Origin: Azolla caroliniana
Taxonomy: Eukaryota > Plantae > Polypodiophyta
Reading direction: 5' to 3'
DNA length: 64,000 nucleotides
Assembly: GCA_043228905.1 (NCBI GenBank)
Contig: JBHGNT010000013.1
Location: forward strand, 20,770,001 to 20,834,000
Within the stretch, counting starts at the first letter, position 1; each line of letters begins with the position of its first letter. Shown here in pieces: positions 1-11,835 of this stretch. Made by a program: the position numbers and the translations under genes. The notes under the pieces are model-generated. The model did not search any database, had not been told where the DNA came from, and saw only the letters and a program-made list of their open reading frames with translations.

Positions 1-284
1 ATACCTGCAACCTAGTTTAACATTACGGAAGGCTATGGCAGGTTGTGGAAAGTTATGGAAGGTAGTAAAAGGCTCTAGTGAGGCATGGGTTTATTAATGA
101 GCATGTATAAAGGTTGTTTGAGGGAACCGTCTCTTGACATCGCAACATAAGTTATCCAATACATTTCCTTTCGTTGTACTCTTGTCCTACTACTTTCTAA
201 GTTTTGCCCTAGGTTTGCACCTACCCCCCTCCCCCTTCATTACCTCTCCTAGCCTACCTACTTGACTCCATCCCATTTGTTACA
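1..284 (+). mobile_element. possible 3' part of an LTR, truncated by the window edge
   Basis: TATAAA at ~107, then a pyrimidine-rich U5-like tract ending TGTTACA at 284. The left end is not visible. Confidence 0.25.
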
Positions 285-1364
285 ATACATATATCATGGG
301 TTGATACATCGAATGCATTAACAAATTACATATTTTTTCTATAATATAAATCAAAGACCTCATCATTATTGTGGTATGAATATGTTTGTTAATTGGAATT
401 ATGTCCATCTAGCTTGTATATCATACGCATGAAGCAATAGATAGCAAGACTCGTCTATTTAAAAACAAAGGAAGATTCCATCCTCAGGTGTATATATATT
501 ATATATCAATGAACTTTAGCAATATAACTCATGTGTCAATACACCCAAACCAATAAAAGGTTTAATAATGAGAATTTTTGTGTTTATCATATACATATGC
601 ATTCAATTGAATAGAGGGGCTTTGTAAATGAATCTCATTCTGGATGGGGATGTCAATTGCTTTGTCCAATAGGAATCATGCGCATCTAGCTTGCAGACTA
701 GAAACTAATTATCAATACATGTATGAGGGGCTCACATTGTAGGAGAATCCCATAGATGTGCACTATGCTAAGCGTACCCTCGTGTGCAACACACACATCA
801 AAGCTTGTGTACGATACATGTCAAAGGAATAATTTCATTTATATCTATGCGATAGGGAGGCATATAGTTGTGAGAAAACATGCACAACAAAGATTGTTAT
901 AGGGTGAACGAGGGAATCTCTCGTTTAGCCCACATAGGATAGGTGTGCTCCGAAGAAGCATATGCAGCATGCTAATCATCCATGAGGTCTAACCGAGAAC
1001 GGGAATATAATGTCACCATGAAGAACAAGAGAGCATCATCTTTTATTTTATTTTTTTAGGTGAAGAAGGGGTAACACATGCAAAGCATCAAGGATGCTTT
1101 TAAGGTGAGGGACAAAGCTTACTTCACTTCACACACATGCATGCATGAATGAGAGCAATTCACAAAGAAGGAAGCCCAAGTCTCTCCCCTCCACATCCAC
1201 AGGACAAGGGGAGCTCCCTTTTTTTTTTTCCTTTTGCTGGTGAAGGCAAGAAGAGCAACACACAAGAGCCTCTCTCTCTCTCAAATTTTATTATGGTGAA
1301 GAAGAAGGGCAAGGGCAAACACATGCAAAGTGGATGTGTTCAAAAAGCAGAGGGAGGTGGGGGC

Positions 1365-1530
1365 TAGGGATCAACGGTTCGGCTCAAGCCTAAACCGTTT
1401 AGCTAAACCGGTTTTAAATGGCTTAGTGGATCGGGTCGGCTTAGGTTTGAGCTTGACTAAACGGTTTGGTCTCGGTTCGGCTTGGCTTGAGCCTTGCCAA
1501 ACCGGCTCAAACCGGTTAAGCCGTTTAGAA
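1365..1530. mobile_element. terminal fragment of an hAT-like non-autonomous element
   Basis: Begins TAGGGATCAACGGTTCGG (compare the maize Ac TIR TAGGGATGAAA) with dense AAACCG/CGGTT motifs. It aligns by eye with the reverse complement of ~20520-20640. Confidence 0.6.
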
Positions 1531-1574
1531 ACGTGAGAGAGAAAGAGAGAGGGAGGGAGGGAGGGACACTGTCT

Positions 1575-1688
1575 GCTCTGTGTGTGTGTGTGTGTCTCTC
1601 TCTCTCTATGCTGTGTGTGTGTGTATGTGTGTGTGTGTCTCTCTCTCTCTATGCTCTGTGTGTGTGTGTGTGTGTCTCTCTCTCTATG

Positions 1689-1723
<35 letters not shown>

Positions 1724-1739
1724 TCTCTCTCTCTCTATG

Positions 1740-1772
<33 letters not shown>

Positions 1773-2021
1773 TCTCTCTCTCTCTATGCTGTGTGTGTGT
1801 GTGTGTGTGTATAAAAGGAGCAAGGATCTTTGTATGATTTTTGATGATTTGAGAGAGAGGATTGAAATCTCTCTCTCTCTCTCTCTCTCAAAATCAAAGC
1901 AGAAACAGAGACACCACAATCAGACAGACACAGAGAGAGAGAGAGAGTAGAAACAGAGACACCACAATCAGATAGATAGATAGAGAGAGAGAGAGTGTGT
2001 GTGTGTGTGTGTGTGTGTGTG
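1575..2021. repeat. compound (GT)n/(CT)n/(GA)n microsatellite array
   Basis: Repeated unit (GT)n(CT)nATGCT at 1575-1810, a duplicated AGAAACAGAGACACCACAATCAGA at 1901 and 1949, and (GA)n and (GT)n tracts. Confidence 0.95.
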
Positions 2022-2129
2022 CAGGTGGTTTCTCTCTCTCTTCTCCTTCTCCTTCCTCCTTCCTCTCTCCGATGATTATGGAAGGGTTCAGGGTTTAGGG
2101 AAGGCATCCTCCTCTCGTTATTCCCCGCC

Positions 2130-4183
2130 ATGGCCTTCTTCTTCTTCTTCTTCTTCTTCTCCTCTTCATTCCGGCGATGGCCTCCCATCCTCCTCCTCTT
2201 TCCTCTCTGCTGTTCCACTGCAAATGTCATCGCGCTTTCTTCTTCATCTTCTCCATTTTCTTCTTCTTCTTCTTCTTCTTCTTCTTCGTTCTCTCTGTCA
2301 TCGTCCTCTTCTTCCTCCTCCTCGTTTCTTCCCCTCTCCACTCCTTCCATGCCTCCTGCGCAGGTCTTCCTCATCAATCTCATCCTCCTCACCAACCACC
2401 TCAACTTGCCCCCTTCTTCAACCATCTTCTTACCCCTCAATCAATCCATCGCAGTTGCTTTCCCCTCTCCACAAGACCTCGACACTTCCTCCTACCACAT
2501 CATTACCTCCAGGTATACTTTCAAGGATCTTCTTCTTCTTGACCGTGTCGCATCCTCTTCTCGCCTGCAGACATTGCTTCTAGATCGAACTGTGAGGATC
2601 AGCAGATCGGGCATGTCTCTCCTCGCTGATGACCGTGAGATTGTGGCTCCTGACCTCTACTCTGATGACAATTTAGTCATCCATGGCATCGCTAGAGCTC
2701 TTGATCCTGATTTCTACATGTCTCAATCTTCTTCTGCTTCCAGGATTTCCCCTTATATTCCAGGTCTGATTCTATCCATGTCTGATCTTTTTGTTTCCAT
2801 TCGTCTTATAAGTGCATGCTCATTGTCTGTTTCTTGTTATTGTTAATTCTTTTAGAGTCCATTGTTGATGACCTTTTCTGGTTCATAGCTAGGTTTTGTT
2901 TGGACATAAAATTAACTCCCGTTTACTTTTTGAAGGAATTTGATTCATCTGATAACCTTGTTTGCTGTTAGCCTAGCTATAGTTACGTGGCTAACCTAGA
3001 TTCCGTGCTTCCCTTGGTTCTGTTTTCTTACTAAGACAGCAATATAGGATTTAGTTTATTGATATAGAATCCATGTTCTCTGTTATTTTCCATTGTTAGA
3101 TCGTGGAAATTTGATATTGTTTGGAGATATAAGAGTAGAGGCATACTCATTCACGAGTGGGAGCTCTTTGTTTATAGATTTAACACAAATGTTCGAATCA
3201 TCATACAGCTAGGGTTTGAAAATTTTGTGTCCTTCTGAAGCTGACAAATTTATGTCAATGATTTAATGCACTGGGGTTTTTGTCGATTCATGAAGTTAGG
3301 GTTTATAAGCAGGAATTTAGTTCCAAGTCTGCCCCTCACAATCTCATAAGATTGTTCCAGAATCTAGTTTAATTATGTGGTCCAGTTAGGGCTTGGAAAT
3401 GCTTGTATTCAGATGAGTCTACAAGAGTAGATTCTTGTCAAATTAGAAACGTTTTATGAGATGACGCATGTGCTGATTTTTGATGCAACACTATGGAAAG
3501 CTTCACACAAATGTCATCAGAGTTCTTGCATATTCAGAAGATCCTCCAAGATTACAATTGCTAATCCTTATCATGGTGATCACGAAGTCTAGTCTGCATG
3601 TTGACATAATGAATAATCCGAACAGACTGCACATTGCATCATTGATTTACTATGATTCATGTACTGTCAAAACAACCTTTCTATGGTCTTCAGTACAAAT
3701 CAGTATGTTTGGTCCCATTAATAAAGTTTCTAGTTGATATAGAGTCTTGCAGATGTAATGCTTTGTGTCAATCTATTCTGCACTTCTGTATGAAGGGGAT
3801 CTTAGGGAATAAAAAGAACGCAGGGACATTTGGGAAATGTGGAAACTTTGAAGGTCTTGGACCTTTATTCTCTTTTGCTGTTATATGCAAAACCTTCATT
3901 TTTTAGTTTCTCAGCACAAGTAGTAGCCAAACTGTGCAGCAGTGAGACCCTTGGAGACCATATTTTTTAAAGCAAATCAGGATTTATTTTGATGTTTTTC
4001 TTTTTCATAGAAATGAAATGACCTCCATCAACTCTATATTCAATGTGCGCATCCTTCTTTTACTTACAATCCCAATCTATTCTGTGCACATCATTCTCAA
4101 TTTATGCATCCAGAGTTGTTGTAACTAAAAATGGAGAAATTGTGTGTGTGCATTATATAATGTATGTGCATGCAGGTGGCTGA
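2130..4183 (+). CDS. fasciclin (FAS1)-domain protein, FLA-like; exon 2130-2763 plus a probable short terminal exon 4176-4183 (the unspliced ORF ends at 2846)
   Basis: Signal-peptide-like segment ILLLFPLCCSTA, then a Ser-rich tract, then FAS1 motifs H1 TIFLP, YHII, TLL and H2 PDLY...VIHGIARALDP. Donor CCAG|GTCTGA and acceptor TGCAG|GTGGCTGA give a ...PGG* terminus (inferred). Confidence 0.8.
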
Positions 4184-5089
4184 GCGTCAAAAGGTTGGTG
4201 TCTTATATGGCGAAGGAAGAATGTATTGTCATCTCAAGTCATTGCCCTTAAACACTTCTCAATCCTTTGTGGTACTTACTGCACACATGCAAGGTCAAAA
4301 GTGCCACATATATATAAATACGCGCTTCCAGACAGATCTCTCAAGGTGCCATTGTAAATGAGTATAATAGAATTTATTTGTGGAACAAAGGATAGATGTC
4401 TATACATGCCCAACACATATGATCAATCTAAAAATCAATCTTCTTGAAGAAGTCCAATTTTTTCTTTCTTCTTTTGGGAGCATTGTCATAAGGTTGCGAT
4501 CATTGCATCTAGGTTTCTTGGAGTCTTAGATGGTCGATTAACATTTACAATATTTTCTATCTTTCAAGGCATAATATATATATTGTATGTATGTATATGT
4601 ACGAATATGACGGCTTCTATGGTCTCTTCAAATAAACCATCTTGGCAAAAGGCACTACAAAAGAGGGTGACTAATGATTCCTTCCATAACCAGAAAGATT
4701 GATTGATATGTTTGGTTTTGTTCTCAAAATGATGAGATGCCCTAGCATGCTTTCCTGGATGGGAACATCATCACTCATCATAGTACATGTTTCTTTTAGG
4801 TTTACAAGAGAGAAACTAGAAGCCATTACCATGCCATGAACTTGATATGCTGGAAGCATACAGATAAGGAATGGTAGCAACAGTTATCTGAATCTCAAAA
4901 GATCATATTGAAGCATGTGGAGATTAGGAAATTCAAGGTTTTCCAAGTCCCCTAGAGTCATGCCATGGACAATTACCCTCTATCGAGAGATGGTAAAAGA
5001 AAGAACGGTAAACATGGTATATGCATGTTGAAGGTCTCTCTATCAGCTTCCCCAATGAAAACCTGAAGACTGTAAATTTCAACCTACCA

Positions 5090-5310
5090 CAATATGATAT
5101 TGACTTTGTTGATTTAAGCAAAGCATTTGATGCAATTCTTTAGGCAACTTTGTTGAGATGCCTTTGAAAATGACATGAGGCATCTATGCACTATATGAGC
5201 AAGTCAAGCTTGATCTTAAGGATGTCTCTCCAATCTCATTCTAGTACCATCGGTGTCATAGTTTCTCACTATCAACTACAATGTTTAGTGTGTGCATGGG
5301 TGAGGTGGTT
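5090..5310 (+). mobile_element. decayed LINE reverse-transcriptase fragment
   Basis: Translates DFVDLSKAFDAI at ~5102 (RT motif FVDxxKAFD) and LSTTMFSVCMGE (PLSPxLF-like). Confidence 0.55.
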
Positions 5311-6299
5311 GATTGCATCATTATAGTCGTGTATGTCACAAACACATTTGCAATAACGTTACATCTCCATGGTTCAAGTTATAATCACAATTTAGGTTAT
5401 GACTTGCTATACTTCTACACTAATGCAAAGATAATCTTCCTCCATATTAGCAAGAGGCCAAATAGTGTTCATGTATGCATATATTTACATCAATGCCACC
5501 TTTATCAACCCACAATGTGTGATTTTTGTATGCATGAAGAACCACGTAGAGACTCTCACATTGTTTGGTTATGCTTTCGAGGCAATTCCACAATGCAAAC
5601 ATTTAGGAGCCTTGCAAAAAAGCATGGTGGTTCAACCTTGATGCATGCAACAACAAATTGTGCACATGGACTAGCAATCAAAGAGAAGCATGGTATAAAT
5701 AAATAGATGATACAATGGTTTCAGAGGACATTGATCGTTTACCACCATTCTAGTTCAAATCTTGATGGTTCACACATACAACACTCACATAGTGAAAAAA
5801 TAGAGTTCTGTGAAACATTTTGTAGATCTATGATTGGAAGACATGAGTCATGTAAAGTTTAGACCTATCCATCAAATATTATGTATTGCAAATGGATAAA
5901 TTTCTCTACACATAACAACTAGGGTTCATACAAAGACCATGGCATATGGATATCTATGCATCTCAACGTTATATTCTTGTTATGTTGTGTCTATGTCAAG
6001 CGTTTAGACCTTGATACATGAATATCTATGCATCTTGAATAACATTCGCATTCGTTTTCCAACGTAGGAAAATGGATATTATGCTAGATGAACACTGAAC
6101 TATGCCATGGTTCATTTTAGTGATATAACTATATTATTGTAGGTTTCATCCAAATAAAAAATAGGGAATTTGTAAATATTTGTTTGAGCTTTTTAAAACA
6201 TTTAATCATGCTTGGAATATATGGTTATTAATTTCGTTCCACATATGCAATAGTGTTATTTTCGATTAATAAAGGATACAACTTCAAAGTTATTACTAG

Positions 6300-6650
6300 G
6301 TTCTTTAATCCATGATCTTAGGTCACAATGCACACACTTTACATCTCCCCCCTCAACATTCATATGTATCCTTAGATTTAGGAAGCTCAAGAATCGGTAA
6401 TCAATTTGCTTGTGAATATACAAATGGTAAGCTCATGAATCTACAATATATCTATGAAGTAGGTTGAAAATTTTGATGGTGAGCTTTTGCAAGAAAAACA
6501 TTTTAAACTTATCGTGATACTCCACAATTACTTTTGAATATGTTAGAAATTTGATTTACTCATCTAGAAATAATATTTTCTTTGCTCCAATTGAACAAAC
6601 ATAGTGTAACAATTTTAACATTTGTTTCAATGAACACATGCAAGATTAAA
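6300..6650 (-). mobile_element. possible 3' end relic of a copia element (PPT/LTR junction)
   Basis: The minus strand reads TTGAGGGGGGAGATGT (PPT followed by TG) at ~6340-6355. The upstream sequence is badly decayed. Confidence 0.3.
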
Positions 6651-7418
6651 ACTAAGCCATATATTTAAGCATCTTACATTATGTATATTTGTGAGCGGAA
6701 GGTGAGCATGAGTTTTGCTGAATTTGTTGTTGGTTTTCGGAGTTGTTGGATGTATAGATCTCTCTATGGTTAGGCCTTGTGAATCTTAATGGCTAAACTT
6801 TGATGTATTTTGTTTGCTAACTAATGCGAAGCAGTGTTTTTTCGGGGGGGGAAAACAAGGTATAAACACAATGCTATCACATGTAGTGTCCTGTATATTG
6901 TAGATTTGATATGAAAATTAAGGTATATATACATTTTTATACCCCTAAATGTTGAAGGAATGGATGATCAGGCAAATGAAGAGACACTGACATTTTTTGA
7001 ACTATCAAATTATGTTGATCTTATTATGGGTAGTAATTATGTAATTGGATCAAGTTAATGAGGAGTTGTATTCAAAACATTTAGGCAAAATTAATGAATA
7101 GAAAGTAACCATCTAATGTCTTGTATATGAGAACACATACTATTCAAGTATGAACTAGCTCAATAAATGATAATTGCTACTTAAGGACTTCATGAGTAGA
7201 CAATGATATAGGTACATAGAGATAGAGACCATATCCACAAAAGACTTGAATGTGCCTTCACTTGGATGGAGAATTAAAGTATGAACCACAACAAGAAAAC
7301 AAGGAAAATGCATGAAATATCAATGGGAGGCATGATGGATGATCAAGGATGCAATAGCCCAAAGGCAAGGAGGAAGACAAGACAAATGGCTCAAGATTAT
7401 TGTTTCTAATTACAAATA

Positions 7419-7731
7419 GGGAAAAGTACCAGGATACCCTTGGAAGTTCGTCTATTTACCAAAATGCCCCTGGAAGTTCCAAATTTACCAAACTACCCCT
7501 ATGTCCAAAAAATTACACTTTATAAAGTAATTATACACTCAAATCTTTGGCAAATAGGGCTAGTTCGGGTCCATTTCTTCCATCTTTGGTAAATAGGGCT
7601 TGTAGATTCGAGTGTATAATTACTTTATAAAGTGTAATTTTTTGGACATAGGGGTAGTTTGGTAAATTTGGAACTTCCAGGGGCATTCTGGTAAATAGAT
7701 GAACTTCCAGGGGTATCCTGGTACTTTTCCC
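7419..7731. mobile_element. Mutator-like MITE (near-perfect hairpin)
   Basis: TIRs of ~128 bp (7419-7546 and 7604-7731) starting GGGAAAAGTACCAGGATACCC. Exact 9-bp TSD TTACAAATA at 7410-7418 and 7732-7740. Confidence 0.93.
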
Positions 7732-7862
7732 TTACAAATATTCTTGATTTAAGCTTTATCATAGTTTATGTATATAGTGACTAGTGGCTATTAGAGTATA
7801 ATGGTCCCAATTTGCTAATATATCGTCTTTTAGTAAATCTTGTGCATTTCCTTCTCTCTCTC

Positions 7863-8304
7863 TGTTGCCTCTCAGGAACACGGTCCGTGGTCAGTCCGTC
7901 GACCTAGACCCCAAGGTGAGTGGGAACAACGAACAGAGCTTAAGCATACTGCGTAAGAAGAGAACCGTTGTGGTTCTTCCGTGTGTAAGGGGAGACGGCT
8001 ACAACCAACTCCTTATCACAGGTTGCGCTTACGTACTACTACGCTTACGTATCCGAGACACAGACACTGAATTAGTCGTAGTTATACACAGAAACTCAGA
8101 GAAGATAGTATTCTATTATCAGGCGTTCTTTTACAATTCTCAAAATTTACACGCACCCCCCCCCTTCAGAGGTTTTCTGCCCTTTATATATGCAAGGTCT
8201 AATTAGCCGTTCACGCGGGGAAGCGTGAACCGTTACATACGTTACGCTTTATATAGTTTCTTATTCCTACGCTTTTGGCCGTCGGTTACTATTCTGGCGG
8301 ACAA

Positions 8305-8306
<2 letters not shown>
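7863..8306 (-). mobile_element. solo LTR (444 bp) inserted in a (CT)n tract
   Basis: TGTTG...CAACA termini, 5-bp TSD CTCTC on both sides, and a TATA-like GCATATATAAAG on the minus strand at ~8183-8193. Confidence 0.85.
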
Positions 8307-8351
<45 letters not shown>

Positions 8352-10380
8352 AAAAGCACACAATTACATTAATTGTATGTAAAATACACTTGTTACAACA
8401 CTTCTTAGTTTCCTCTACCTTCCTTCCTTTCCTATCCTATTTAGGGAGAGGGACGTGCTATAACGCCACTAGAAAACCTAAATATGCATTTGAAGAAATG
8501 ATCCCTACTTGCTTTAACATCCAGAAATTCCAATTAAGAATAACCGATTTATTATGTTGCATACAACTATAGGATCATTGTTCCAAAGGGCATAATCATG
8601 TTATTCCAAACGATGAGATCTTCTAAAGTGACACATGCGTGTAGGTTCTACGGTGTTTTGGAACCTTTTGGAATCAACTATCTTAATGTCGGTAATTCAT
8701 TTGGCAAAGTTACATGTCTTGGAACTAGAAAGAGAGTTTGAAACTTGGTTCATGCAACTAGCTTTTACACATGTGTGCTAGCCATCTTTTTTTTATGTAC
8801 AAGTTCAATACCCATACTATCATCACACCCTCCCCTTTTGATGACAATGATATGTTGTTGAGCACAAAAATATTGAACTTGGTTCAAGCTCTCTCGATAT
8901 CAATGATGGAAGTCTATAACTCTATCAAAAGCATTGGCAATATTCTATATAAGTTCCCAATTATTGTCACAAGGAGTAAATCATCCATCCTAATCCCTTA
9001 GATAACAAAAACAATGTTGTGCAAACTTAGAGTCCATCAAATTTCTAAGGTAAATCAATGTTAAGCTCCAATTGTCCCGCTTTAAAATATGACATGGATG
9101 CACGAGAAGCTATTAGCTCTTGTAAGTTCTTGATTTTCTACTTGCACTATTTTTGAACTTGTTGCAACAGAGATATCGTGGATTTCCTACATGTTTTAAC
9201 TTCCTCAAATTTGGAAGAAATACAATTACAAAAAGATAGGACCCCACCACTCTAAAGGATGAGACTGTGCCTAGTACCACACATATGTAGGTTCTAGAGT
9301 GTTCCAAAACCATCTAGAAACAACAACATACTAATGACGACGATGTAATGGAATGTCTCAAAGTAGATGTATGTTTTGCAACTAGAAAGTTGTTTGAACT
9401 ATGTTTTGGACACCTCTTCTATATGTGTCACAACTATGTTTGTATCTAGGAGCATAATACCCATACGGTTGTCATAATCTTGAAGCGCCAAAATTAACTT
9501 TACAAGCTCAAATATATTATCATCATACCATCTATAACAATTGTATGATAGAGACACTCTCTGCATAATGATGATGTCAAGTAGAGTTAAACGATGCAAT
9601 ATAGGAATATAGAAGCACCTATGGTGAAGACTTGAAAATGATTGCCATGTGACACATACTTAATTAATGATATAATCAGGTCAATGACTATTGAAATGAC
9701 AATGACATGATATTGATTATGAGAGTGTGATGTTTGGCTCATAAGAGCATGTTGATTTTTTTGAATATTCCCAACTAAAAGATTCTAACCTTATCAACGC
9801 GGCCTTATCTAATCTAATACAAATGAGAGGCTTGGTTCTTATCTTGTTAATGCCAATTATGGATCTCCTTCACGCAATTAGAACTCTCTTCTTCTTGTCA
9901 CCTAACTTCTAATTAATTCGGTTGCATCATGCATAATCTTGTTTCCTAACATAGTCATGTATGAAGTTATAACAAGTGCCAATCTTGATTCTTATGGTTT
10001 AGAACCTGCACTTAAAATTGAATCGTTTAAGCTCTTATAATGGATTTTGCAACCGAGGTTTGATAATAAATTCTTGAATAATATATTCGAGTTATACTTG
10101 ACCAAGTTCTTCTTGTACATCCAATTCTTTCGTCCTCATAATGTTTCTTATAGATTGGAATTTTAGCAATTCATTCTCACAATGATCAATATCATCAATT
10201 GAAAGTTTATTTCAAGAATAACTTCAATTTGCATCATAAGGGAGCATTCATAAATTCAAATAGATATATTGATCATGAATCTCTTGACCATAAACTATAG
10301 TTGGAAATGTTATAATCTATAGATTTGTTGAAAGGCAATCCAACATAGAGTGAGATTAGTACAATGCACCTAGATAGACT

Positions 10381-10408
10381 ATTATATATATATATATAAT
10401 AATATATG

Positions 10409-10485
<77 letters not shown>
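10381..10485. repeat. (TA)n-(GA)n compound microsatellite
   Basis: Directly visible. Confidence 0.95.
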
Positions 10486-10490
<5 letters not shown>

Positions 10491-11049
10491 GATTAATGAT
10501 GTTGCACCTAGCACCCATTCATGTCTCACCTATCAAGATAGTTGAGAACTATTGTTATATGTCAATAAATTCTTTGCTTGATCAAAGCTAAGTATCATTA
10601 TTTGAAATAAGTACAATGCATCTCGGTAGATTTCACTAAGCAACCACAACTTAGACATTGCAATCACCATAAGTCTCATGATGATGTACAACCACCAAGG
10701 AATAGATTCAATAAAAAGCTTGGTCAAGAGATGTATAGATGCATGTGTCGAGAAAGGATAGTAAGCAAATGGTGGTGGGCAGGGCACAACAACCACGCCT
10801 CCGTCATCTATGCATCTCGATCGGTCGAAAGGCCAGCAAAGCATTGGTCGAGAAAAGGTACAAGAGGACTTGGACAATAGGTGCATGCATGTTATAGCCA
10901 CTACGACAGTTGCGAACCAGTATTGTCCATCTATCGAGTACATATGCATTCTTGATCGAAAAGGCCACGGGCATCAGGCCAAGAGCGAATAGTGATTTTT
11001 ACATGCTCGGACGGTGTCCAACAGCATATGTAGGGAGGAGGCACATGAC

Positions 11050-11237
11050 CAGAAGAAGAAGAAGAAGAAGAAGCTAGAGAGTATGGAAGGAAGTGTCTGT
11101 CACTCATGTATGTATGTATGTATGTATATACAATATGTATGTATGTATGTATGTATGTAATAATGTATTTACTATGAATATGACCTCTCTGATTAACACC
11201 ACATGTTTGAATTGAAGAAGAAGAAGAAGAAGAAGAC
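11050..11237. repeat. (GAA)n and (TATG)n microsatellites upstream of the GT14 gene
   Basis: Directly visible. Confidence 0.9.
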
Positions 11238-11835
11238 GAAACCCAGATAAGAGTGAGTGTCGCTTTCTTCTTGTATGTACATACATACTCTGTTTCTTCT
11301 TTCACTGTCGATGGCTCTGCGATGCCTACTACCATCTCTGTTTCTTGTTCCTCCAGGACGCCATAGCCTTACCCCTTTATCTCTGATTAACGCCTGACCC
11401 TCTCTCTCTCCCTCTGTCTGTCTGGTCTGGTCTGTCTCTACCTTCCAAGGAAATTACCTCTCTCCCCTCATTTCCACTTCGTTATTGTTTCAAACCGTTT
11501 GATGCTCGACATTCTGAATCTATGGAAAATTCAGGGGTTTCCTTCTTTTCTTACCTTGAATTTTCTACCTTGTTCTTGTCTACGAGCTTTGATTCAGAAA
11601 CGATGAAGCAAGCCTCATGTTTTCCCTTGCTCGAATAAATAGAGAAACAAGGTTAGAGTTTTCGTCCTGTTTCTAAAGCTTCAATGCATCAGGATCTGCA
11701 TTCTTTTTGCGTCAAGTTTGGTGGTAATACTTTCTCCAAATGTAGCTACTATTACTGCGTGCTCTGTTCAATTATTGATCTACTTTTCTTCCCTGTTGCA
11801 AATGTTGCGAGTATATAGGATTTGATGTAGTAACC

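Noticed and set aside
1371-2583. Long overlapping ORFs rich in CV/HT/ER/SL or E/K runs
   Set aside because: These are translations of microsatellites, or alternative frames and the antisense of the FAS1 gene.
8600-10270. Possible decayed transposon coding sequence
   Set aside because: I could not read any diagnostic motif, so it is left unannotated.
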